Assembly: GCA_002269645.1 (NCBI GenBank)
Contig: NIVC01001779.1
Span: 150,885 to 214,884 of the forward strand
DNA: 64,000 bases
Source of the DNA: Macrostomum lignano
Lineage: Eukaryota
Reading direction: 5' to 3'
This document shows, piece by piece, positions 1-12,000 of the stretch. Position numbers and translations under genes: made by a program. Numbering within the stretch: the first letter of the stretch is position 1; each line of letters begins with the position of its first letter. The notes below the pieces were generated by a model. That model was not told the origin of the DNA, did no database searches, and saw nothing but the letters and a program-made list of their open reading frames with translations.

Positions 1-3000
1 AAGCTGTAACAACAAGGAAGGAGAAGACGGTGTTTGGACAAAACAATTACAACCTACAGAAAGAAGGACTGTCGCTGCATTCACACAGTGAAAACTATTT
101 CTGGCCACTGCCGGTGTCCATCTCTACATTGAGAGGCGCACTAATTGTATCAACAACTTCGCACAATTTACTGGAAAATGTACGCGAGGCGACCGGACAA
201 GAACCACAAATGCTCGTCCAAGATTGTTCCAAAGAGGGAGCGCTGCGGTTGCAATCGTGAGGAGCGCAAAAGCAAGAAGTGCGACAAGCGCGAAACTGGG
301 TGACAACAATGTACTACAAAAAATTCAACGCCAAGTTGAAGCAATGCGAACAAATTGTCAGCGTAGTCTCCGTGGTTCAAGCCGTAAGTGACGCGTGCAA
401 TATTTTAATGTGATTTATAAAATTTCAATCGCCTACCTAGAAACTCGTTGCATTGTTGTAAAAATTTTAGAATGCAAAGAGAACCGATACGAAGTGCCAC
501 CAAAGCGTTGCAGCCGCAAGAAGACCAAGTGCGTGAAAGCGTACAGGACGTGATTTACACCTTGAATCCCGTTAACTGCAGCTGCAAAAAGTCCGTGAAG
601 GTCTCTAAAAAGAGACGATGCTGTAAGTTTTGGCAAAGAAATTGAGATACAAGCACTCGTACTTACTTTGGCATGCTTGCTCGTGCACTTAAAGATTTTT
701 AAAACGTATTGTGTTTTGATACTGGGCTAGCAAATTTACCGCCACCTCTGAAAGTTGAACCGGATTAGCACGCAGCTGAGTAGACTGAGCCCAAACCCTC
801 AAAGTAGCCTTTGTGAGCGATTGGTTCCTGCGTATTTGTTCTATTTCTATTATTTCCTTTCTGTTTCTGATTAAAAATATTTCAGGCTGCAAAAAGTCCA
901 CCAAAGAAAAGAAGTGCGTCAACAACAGGTTCTGGAAGATCAAGGCAATTAACAGCGTCCTTGATGAAGAAGAGAAGTGCGTCGATCGCGTTGACAGGTC
1001 AACCATTCCTGTGCAGTGCCCTTCGCCATACAAGATCAAGGGCGATTGCATTGGAAATCGTAAGAGCGCTGACTGTGGCTACAGGTTGGTGAATCGCATC
1101 TATTTCAAGACGGTAAAGTGCCGCTGCATTAAGCGACAGAAGACGCAAAAGACCCTCTGCAGCAACTATTGCGATCTATGCCGAAAACCACTGAAGGATG
1201 TTCGCAAGTGCAACAAGAAGGACGGCGGAAAGACATACATCACTAAGAGCTTTGAGTACAGGCTTAAGCGAAACAAGAACTCGCCAATTTGCAGAACTGT
1301 TGTCAGCTCGACTTCGATGGAGAAAGTTGGTAAGCTTTAGTCTTTTTTGTAAGCCCTTTAGTAGAAACACTATTAGACTGAAGATCCCGTCTCAAGCTTA
1401 AAGCAACAGTACAGTTTCCAGTCAGCATTAGCTCGATTTAACTTTCAGAGTGCAATCCGTCTAGGGTGGAGAAGAGCACTTATGAGAAGTGCGGCAAAAA
1501 GACCGGATGCAAGTTCAACATTTTCTACTACAAGATGGTTCCGCGAGGCTGCAAATGCGTTCGTCAGCTGCAGCCAAAAAAGACGAGGCGCAATCTGAAG
1601 TGCAGCTGCAACTGCGAAAAGGCCCGTCACAAAGTGGAGTGCCGTCGAAACAAGTACCTCACATACATCTCCAGGACATATATTCTTAAAAATTTCCGCT
1701 GCAAAGAGAAGGTGGTTAAGAAGTACAAAACAGTAAGCTGCGATTCGCGACCTGACGGTTGGGTGTTCAAAAACAAGTGCGTCCGTCACTTGATGCGCTA
1801 CACACCCAGAATTCGCAACTGCAAGTGCTCGTACTCTTCGCGGCGCATTAAGACCTGCAGATTTGTCGACGAGAGCTGTTGTCCGAAGCCACACCGAAAG
1901 GCAGTTTGTGTAAAGAATGATATCAGGATTTTTTACCTTTATCACTACATCCCTGGCTGCAAGTCCTGCAAGAAGGTGAAAACTGTACAGAAAACCAAGG
2001 TGAAGTGCAGCGCACCCAAAGTAAAGCTAGTTAAGGTGTTATCTACACCGGATGGATCCGTGTGGCGGCTTTTCAAGAAAACCATCTACCGAGTCTCCAA
2101 TTGCGTCTGTAAGCCAAACGATTCGTTCATCCGAATCCCGTACAAATGTCAACCACCAAAAACAATTCAGAAGAATACATGCAAGAAGACAAAGAAATCC
2201 TGTCATCCGACTAAAAACGTCTACGGAGTAATGATGAAGGTCTTCTACGGTGTCAAAACATCGTCTGGCTATCCCGACAAAAGTATGAAGTGCGAAGAGA
2301 TAAATAGAATCGAAATTCGCTATCCATGCTTGTGCATCTGCAAGAAGAAAAACAAGCTTTGTTATAAAAACAAGTACTGGAGACTCACGACAGTGAAGTA
2401 TATCAAGAACTCGCGCAAGTGCGTCAGAAGAGAATCATCTAAGGTCGTTCCGGCTGAGCCGAAGTGCAGAAGGCGAGAAAGAGAATATCGTATGGAGAAG
2501 GAATGCCCAAAATCGGGCTTCTACACTATCATGCAGTCTTTCTACGTGTGGAATAACTGCGAATGCACGAAGCGAGTGATAAAGGTGGGCACTGAAATCT
2601 GCCGCTGCCCAGAGGGCGATAGCAAGCGCGTTTGCAATAAGGCTGGCGACGCTTACGTCGAGTACACAACACACTATCGCTTGTGCGGAGACAAGCTGGC
2701 CTGCTGCAAGCGAATCACGAAGAAAGAAATTCCTGTTAAATGTAAGGCCGGAATTTCCAGAAGCATTAACTGCGACCAAAAGAATCACATTGAAACGGTC
2801 ACTTTCACACGCTACGATGTTAGACGCTGCAACTGCGTTAAGCGCACGTGGACTAAGCTTCAGCCGTGCGTAACCTGCTTGCCACCGCGATGTCGCGTCG
2901 GAAAGAAGGTGAAGTGCATTAAAGGAAGAGTTTGGAAAGTTCAAAAATGGTCTTGCCATCTGTACCGCAAACCAGGTGATTGGCGCACGAAGTGCATCCA

Positions 3001-6000
3001 GAATCACAAGGTATTTAAGCGGACAGTTAGATGCAAGGAAGGAGTTGTTTCAAAGAAAACTAAATGCGACCCACTGACAGGAGAGCAGCTTCATCTTAAG
3101 GAAATCACACGAATTATCAAGTGTAAATGCAAAACAAAGACAGTCACTAAAAGATGCGATTGCACACCTTGCAAGAAGACTCACACCTTCAAGAGGTGTT
3201 TGAAGCTGCCAATGCGTTGGCAGAAGACGACCGTATCCTACAGTCATAATGGCTGCAGATGCATTAAGCACGTCAAACGAGAGGACATTCCAATCCCGTG
3301 CAGTGGCAAAAAGTTTATTAAGAAGAGTGGAAAATGCATAAAGAAAAAATCTGACGGTGGCATTGTCGGGTTTAGAAAGGTTACCGCATGCCGGAAGCAT
3401 CTACTGAATTGCGAGTGCACAGAGGTATGCAAGAAGGAATCAAAACTCTGCTATTGCAAAGGTGTTCTCAAAACGAAAAAATGCGTTAACGACAATACAT
3501 ACGTAACAACTACGATGCGTTGGGCGATGGACAGGGCGGCCAACAGCTGCGTCTGGAGAGAGGAGAGCGTTAGGCGAAAGGTTGTCAAGCCATGTCCTAA
3601 GGAAAAAGTTGAGAGAAGCGGCTGTGTGTACAAGTCAAAAACTGGTGGAGAGAACTATCGCATTGTTAAGACCACTGGCTACAAGCATCATGAGTGCAAG
3701 TGCGTAAATAAACCAACCAAAGTGATTCGCGAAACATGCAACTGCGATCATCGTTGGATTGTCATCAAACGCAAGAACTACGGACCAAGAGGTAACTGCA
3801 AACGCGAGTACACTCTGCGCCGATATGTCAACAAAATCAAGGACGGCAAGGTCGAATGTGTGGAGGATATTCGGATTGTCACCGACAAGCACTGCTGTTC
3901 AAAAACTAAAAAATCCAGGTCCTGTGACAAGCAACAGTGTGTCTATGTGAATATAATTACGAGCTATGTCCTCACAGGTGCCTACAGAAAACGATTCTGC
4001 CAGAAAGCCGAAGATCGGACTATTGACGAGCCGCCGTGCGTCAGAAACAAAAACATCAAGCGCGTCAAGACTGACCGTTCATCGTGTCGAAAGAGCAACT
4101 CCATGCGAATTTCGTACCAGAGACAGATTTGCCGCAACTGCAAGTGCATCTACGAAGAGTACCGCTACGAAACACGGGTTTGCAGGTGCAACTATGAGCG
4201 CAAGAAGTGCAAGTGCGTGCAAAAGGGCAAGAAGCAGAAGTGTCAGCACATTTATGAGCGAATGTCGGCAGACAGGAAAAAGTGCATCCGTGTCAGGAAT
4301 TCTTATCTCGTTCCGGTTTCGTGTGGAAAGCGGCCTAAAGCAGAGCGCATTTGCAACATTAGGCGAAAGGACAAGAAAGGCTACGTGGACAAGTATTACA
4401 CGATTAAAAAATACTTTAGAAAATGGATTTTCAACAAAAAACGTGGTACATGCAAATGCATTTGGAAGCCTGTTGTTACTAACAGACTGTGCAAGTGTCA
4501 ACCGTACAATGAGGACAAGCCGTACGATTATCATGAGTACAGGCGTCGATGCGAGAGAGGCACCAATACCTATGTTGTATTTTACAAGAAGCGAGTCCGT
4601 CGTGGAAACGAATGCGTGGAACTGATCAAGGAGAAAAGGATTGCTGTTAAATGTCATATTAGATCTTCCTGGAGACAGATTCCTGATCCGCCTTGCCCGG
4701 CAAAGAGGGACTACATCCAGCGCATTTTCGAGAAAGGCTACAAGCAAAACTGCCAGTGCAAAAAGAAGCGACGAGTCAAAGCATGCAAATGCCGATGTCC
4801 CAAGGCGACACTTAAACAGGAGTGCTACAAGGATGCCGTTCTGGCTATTTCGAAATCATATAAGCTTGTAAACTGCCAGTGCGTACCGATCGTGAAGAGA
4901 CGCATGCGAAAGATCAGCTGCCCGAAGAACTCATACCGCGTAGTGAAGGCAAAGTCACCAAAGTGTACTGAAACACGACTGAGAATTACGTTCAAAAAGA
5001 CTGCCTGCACTAAATGCACAAAGAAAGTGGAAAGGAGTGTCGATCACTGGTGCTGTCCAACTTTGCCGCCGAATATGAGAGAGAAGATCGAATGTGACAA
5101 GGACAATGCCATCAAGATTATCCGGCGTTTCACCTACAAACTGATTGGAAAAACGCATCCAAATAGAGAGTGCAAAATGACTGAAACAAAAGAAACTCAG
5201 AACGTATTTTGCGACAATCTTAGTCGCGCAGAAAAGGTTGTTAGCTCCTGCAAGAAAAAAGAAGGCTTCACTGATCGAGTTAGAAGAGTTCGCTACTATT
5301 CTGTTTCATTCAATGGCGAAGGGTGCACCTGCGTGTGGTCGCGGCACTACAGATGGGACGTCTGCGGCTGCAGGCCAGACCGCACTGTGGAATCAGCCTG
5401 CAATCACAAGACTTGCATGCAGGACATTCTGCACTACTCGTATCGCATGGTGAAGAACTATCGCGCTAGAAATGTTTGCAAAGAATCTATTAGGCGTACT
5501 AAGCGCCGCTGCGGATGCTGCAAGAAGGACTACTCTAAAGGTCCGGACTGTGATGGAGTACGCACCTTTTTGACGTACTATTATACATTCAGGTGGAACT
5601 ACAAAACTAGGACATGCATCAAGCATCGCCGGGTCGAAAGGAAAAAGGTTGAATGCGGAGAGAGGAATGTGGTCCTGACATCTAAACCCAATCGAGCCAC
5701 TTGTACGTACACCATTACCCGCATCAGAAACTCCATAAAGAAGTGTGAGTGCAAGAAAAAGATTGTGTCAAAGAAGCCATGCTATTTCTGCTGCAGACCT
5801 AGGAAGGTTAAAAATGTGCGATGCATAAATCACAATATCATTGAGACTACGGTGGCCAAAGTTGTTCCAGTTGGATGTAAGTGTCGAAAAGGCAAGACAA
5901 GAAAGACACTAAAAACCGTTAAATGCCGAAAACGGCACGTTGTCAGATGTTACAGTCGCAATTCCCGAACCTGCAAGCAAAAATGCTGTAGATTTGAATG

Positions 6001-9000
6001 CAAAGTACGAAACTGTAAGAAAACGAAGCCACTCATCAGGGTAAAGTGCTGGCATCGGGTGTACAAATGCTGCAATTCTGGGCTTAATAGAATTAAGAAG
6101 TGCGACGAAAAGAAGAGAAGGCACGTGTACACTACCAGCTGGCACGTCTGGCGCCCGTGGAGATGCGACAGGCACACGAAGACCAGAGTGCAGCCTGTGG
6201 TTTGCAACCAGCGCCTGTCTATCGATCGTGGAGCCTGTAACATTAAGGGTCGACGCTCTGGCTATCTTCAGGAGGTGAAGCGCAAGGATATTCACAGACG
6301 AGAGGTGTATGCTGGAGGCTGTCAGTGCAAGGATACAACTAAGGCGAAATACTCTATCTGCGCTTGCAAAGGATACCATGACAAGGAGGTCTGCACAGGA
6401 AACACTCTAATAACCTATCGCCAGTCCTGGGTGATCAAACAGCTTAGAAACGGCAACACCTATTGCTCGCCAATCACCACGGTTATCACCAGCAAGGGTA
6501 CTAAGTGTAAAAGGCCATACTATAGAAAGATTGGCAGCTGCAAGGAAAATGGCATGCAGACTATTCAGTTGGTTACCGAATACGCTGATAAGTGCGCCTG
6601 CAAGAGCACGGAAACTCAATTCGAGATGGTTTGCAGCTGTCCCAAGCCTAAGAAAGACAAGCGCTGCGAATATGAAAGGGGCAGAATGATTACAACTACG
6701 AAAACCTACGTCAAGGTGTGCCCTAGCACGCATTCCTGTCACTGCAAGAGCTCCAAGGAAAAAGTTGTCAATGATATCAAATGCCCAAAGAAGTCGCGAA
6801 CTTGCCACAAAGGCCTGGTTGTTACTATCACACACAAGCGACATGGATGCAAGTGCATTGTAAGTACTGTTTTGCTTAATTGCGTTAGTGTAGTGCGCTT
6901 GTGTGGCTGTAGATTTTGGGCTCTCATGGCCGTATATTTAAGCATATATATACTAGTTTAAGTACATTTGAGCTATTGAGCACAACGTGCCACTGTTGCG
7001 TAACAGTGCAAGAGCATAAACGCGATGCCGAGGCACGCGGGGGAAGGCTAAAGCGAGAGTGAAGGAGAGACTCGACATAACAGTGCACTACAGTTAGTAT
7101 ATAATTTCCCTCCATTTTCCGACTGTTAGTGATGTAGAGATTTAGCTATCCATTTTATCCAGTCAGTACGTACCACAAGCGATCGCATGCTCATTCTAGC
7201 ATACAACTTGTAAAATCCTTGTAGCATCAAACAGTTTTAGATTCGTAAAATAGAGACAATGATCTACACTGCGATTGAAACAAACTGTCAAATGTTTAAA
7301 TTACGATCGTAACGATCATACTTTTTTATTCTTCACTTTTCACTATTTTTTATTCAACCTATCTTAACTCTAGACTCGTCGCACAGAAAAATCCGTGCCA
7401 TCCTGCACCGCCTGCACCGACATCGGCGAAAACTGCTCGGAGCAGAAACGTAGAGGCTATTGCGAGACCAACAAGGAGACGAAGGAAACCTGCAAGGAGA
7501 CTTGCGGCTTCTGCGACGTTAAGCCGTGCCCGAAACCGAAAATCGTGCAGTTTAAACCTCAGCGTGGAATCAGCATTAAGTCGGATCGTAGATTCAAGCG
7601 TTATTTCTACATCAAAACACTTGAGAATAGGAGAGAGTCGGCTTGCATCAGAGCTTGCAAAGAGTCTCCAATTTGTAGATCATTCGATTACGACCTGCGT
7701 TCAAAGAGCTGCGTTTTGAACAGAGTTCGAATGGACGACATCGAGACCAGAGGCTACACATGGGATGTCAGCCAGCAGAAATCTCAATACAGCGTCCACT
7801 ACAACAGGGTGTGCCAGGACGAGTGCGAGTGCAAAGTGAAGCCTATGAACAAAGGCAAATGCGTTTGCCGCGGTACCGGTGTTGAGCGCTGGTGTGCCAG
7901 AAGATTTGCCATCCTGCAGTACCACGAGACCAACGATGGAAGATGCGTGCTCGGTGAAGACTCTAGATACGTTGTCGCTGATTGCGACGAAAGTTGCGTC
8001 GATGTTGGTAAAGACTGCGCCAAGAACAAGCACCTGTGCGGTCGCGACATTGTATTTAGCCGTCGATGCGATCGCACCTGCCGCAAGGTTTGTCGCTGCG
8101 GTGAGGATAGAAAGCAGCACTTTAAGGGTCTTTGCACGCAACGTGCTAACGGAAAATGGACCTACTACCAGAGACTTGTCAAGTACCAACGGACGGATTG
8201 CAGTTTGTGCGAAATGGTTGTTGAGGAGTCCTACGAAGAGTGCACACCGGGTAAGTTCACTATTTTCAACTTATATTTAAAATATAATCGGATACTAATC
8301 AATAAAATGCTTTTAAAATAAACTTCAGAGCCTTGTGACAAGACTCCGATCAAGGTTGTTGGTGACTGTATCAAGGGCGTGAAGCTTATTTCGATCTATT
8401 CAAGAAGGCGTCACAGGGATGGTAGCTGCCCTGTCACTCTGGTCAAAGTCATCAAGGAGGATTGCATTAAGTGCTGCAAGGAAATCATGAAGGATGTTGG
8501 TCGCTGTCAGAGGTACAAGAGCAGAGGTGGCTACTACAGACCAGTCACTCACTCTTGGTACGTCAAGCGAAAAGGAAACTGTGAACTGAAAATGGAAGTC
8601 CGCTGGTTCCGCTGCAGCAAGATTGGTAAGTTCCAATACTCAGTAAAGTGTTAGCTTGTAGATTGAAATTTTCCTTTAAAAATGAACGCTTTGTCCCTGT
8701 TTTAAACCGAGTTAATACTGATGAGAAAGCTAAAGTAATTCGAATCTCCTGGTCAATTTGTAGCCTGTCCTCGTGACTTCACCACTAACGGCAAGTGCGA
8801 ATTCGGCCGCCGACTGACCTACAACGTCTTCTACACTGTTGATAGCGAGCGAAACTGCGTCAGACATGCAAAGGCCTACAAGACCTACTGCAAACAGAAG
8901 TCTCGACCCGAGTGCAATGATGCCTACATCGATCTGCTCTCTCCACGCCAGTGTCTGCAGATTAAGAAGAAGGGCATGTGCGTTAGAAATGAGGGTGCCA

Positions 9001-12000
9001 GTCTCTGCGCCAGAACATGCAACTTCTGCGTTATCAAGAAGTTCTGCACAAAGAAGATGGGCCCAGTTGACTTGGTCCTCACTGTCGATGCCTCCGACTC
9101 AACCGAGTTAGTTACATTTGAGAACTACGTTGTACCATTCTTAAGGTCGATTGTCGGAAAGATGGGTCGAACTGTTAAAGTGTCCGTCATTCAGTACGGT
9201 TCATCACCAAAGACAGTGTTCAGGCTTGGTGACGAGGTGTATCCACGCAACATGATGACGAGGATCAATCACATGGACTTAAGCGGTGGTTCCTCATACA
9301 CTGCTCGGGCCTTGTATGCTGCCTCAGAAGAGTTCAGGCTGAGAGGCAGACGTGCAGCCCATAAGGTATCCATCCTAGTTACTGACGGCAGAAACAGTGG
9401 CAAAATGTTGATTAAGCCGGCAGTGAAGAGACTAAAACGCTATGCTGATACTTCCATCGTTGTTGGCATAGGACGCCACGTGAGCGAGAACGAAATGCGT
9501 CTAATTGCATCCGATTACGCCTCAGACGAAATCAGGATATCGAACTTTAGACAGCTAGCTGGAATTGTTGACAAGGTAGTGAGAAAAATCTGTCCTAAGG
9601 GAGGCAAGCCAGTCAGACCCAAGCCCGGACCAAAACCCGGACCCAAGCCTGGCCCACGACCAGGACCAAAACCAGGACCGACGCCAGTACCAGGACCCAA
9701 ACCGGGACCGAAACCAGGACCAAAGCCGGGACCAAAGCCAGGACCAAAGCCGGGACCAAAGCCGGGACCATCAAATGGCATTGATCTTTACTTCGTTGTT
9801 GACTCAAGCAGTTCTGTAACTTCAGATGAGTTCAACTTGATCAAGCAATACATTAAGTCATATGTCAACTCTATCGTAGTCTCGCCAGAAGACACTAGAG
9901 TCAGTATTATTCAATACTGGGATCAAGTAACAACGACAGTCGACATCGAAGAATACAGAACCGTGAATGATCTTATCCCTGCGATTGAGAACTTGAAGTA
10001 TTTCAACGGTCAAAGATCCGTTCTTGGCGATGCGCTAATCCTCACATCCAAAATGATTGCAAGGAATGAGCGAAACGTACCAAAGGTTGTTATTGTTATC
10101 GCTGGAACACCGCCAACAAACGGGGAAGCAATCAAAGACGCTGCGCCGAAGCTTATCTACTACGCTGATAAGGTTATTGCTATTGGCGTCAAGAACCACA
10201 TGCCCAAGACTGAATTGCTGCTGATTTCTACTACCGTGGAGGACACTATCATTATTGAAGAGTACTCGAAACTGCACGACACCATCCCTGTTATTATCGA
10301 GAAGACCAAGATCAGCGAGCGAAAGAAGCGACCTGCTCCTGGTGGAACTGGTCAAGACATCGTGTTCATTGTGGATAGCAGTGACTCAATTGGCCAGACC
10401 AATTGGAATGTGTACATCAAGGGCCTGCTTAAAGTAATCACTGAGTACGTTGTTGTCTCACCATCAGACACTAGGTTCGCACTTATCCAGTTCTCGAAGC
10501 CAGCACAGGTTGTATTCGGCTTCAAAGACTACACTGACGGAGAAAGTCTTCGAAGGGCTATCAATAAGCTGAAGCCATACCATAGAAGCACCTACCCGTC
10601 AATCGGAAACGCACTGAAAGTTGCGGTTGACTATGTCAAGACAAAGAAGCGTTCCGGTGTGCCAACTTCAGCCATTATTATCACTGCTAGCACTTCCTCG
10701 CCCAGAGTTGGGAAGCCGATTGAAGAGGTCATCACAGAAGTCCAAGAGGTGTTCGACTACATTATTCCGGTGGCCATCCGTAACCGAGTGGACTTGCCCG
10801 ACCTAGAGAAGCTTGCCAAGCCGGATTCGTCGATGATTATCACCACAGAGGAGCTGGATGAATTGATTCCGCTATCTAAGCGAATCATTTCTCTTACGAC
10901 AGTTCGGCTAAGGCAGAGGCCACTTGTTTGCAGAAAACGAAGTCGCGGTGACTTCATCTTTGTCATTGGAGCCGGCTCTGAAACTGTTAAGCATCGATAC
11001 TTTGAAGAAATCAAGAGCTTTATTAAAGGTTTCTCATCTGAATACGAGATCGATGAGGGTGCATCCAGAGGTGGAGTCTTCATTCTGGGATCAAGCTCTC
11101 AGAAGGAAATTGGATTGAACATGTTTAGAAGCGACATAGACTTTAGGGCAAGCATCAATAGACTATCTGCTCCGAGCTCCAGCACAGTGCACTTCCGATC
11201 TGGAATGGAAAAAGTTGTGCGCTATGCCAGACGAAGCCGAACAAAAAAGAGACCAGCTACATTGATTTACATTTCGGATGGCAGTGAAGTAACAAAGAAT
11301 GTTTACTCTGTGGCTCCTAAGCTCGCGTCTTCAATCCGAAAGACAATTGTTGTTGGTCTTAAACCAACAATAAAGAGAAGAGCGCTTCTAAGAACAATGG
11401 TCACGGATGTTCGTAATGATTTTGTTAATGTACGTAGAATCCGGGATCTTAGACGAGTCGCGAAAACAATCTCTGGAATGACTTGCACTAGAACTAAGAA
11501 AGCAGCTAAAGTTAAGAAAACAGAGCCAGGTGTTAAGCGCATCGTTATGAAAGAAAGTAAGCGCTCAGTCACCAAAAACGGCTCTAAAAGGCAAAAGACA
11601 AAGACCACCAAACGAAAAACTGTCGCAAAGAAGCAGACAAAGAGACAGCGAAAGACGACAGTAAAAATCGAGGGCCAGGGAGGCAAAAATCGAAAGCGTA
11701 TTTCCAAGAAGATTATTAAAAAGAATCGAAGAAAGATGAAAAAGAAGATGTCAGTTATCTACGGAACAACAATAATTAGGGGTTCGCCACGCAGATACAT
11801 CAAGAAAATTAAATTCGGCAAACGATGGTTTAAGACTCGGGTGATTCGCGTCCTCAAAGGACATGGAAAGAGACGTCGAGCTAGACGATATCTGCAGATC
11901 AGATACAGGAAAAAATGGATTCGATTCAATGTCAAGCGAAAAAGAGTCCAGTTCAGACGCCGATGGTACAAAATCCGAGTTACACGTCGAAGATTTTTTA

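Noticed and set aside
8717-8760. CTGATGA...GAA hammerhead-ribozyme-like core in an intron (also at 54319)
   Set aside because: No GAAA after a proper stem II, and no stems I/III could be paired.
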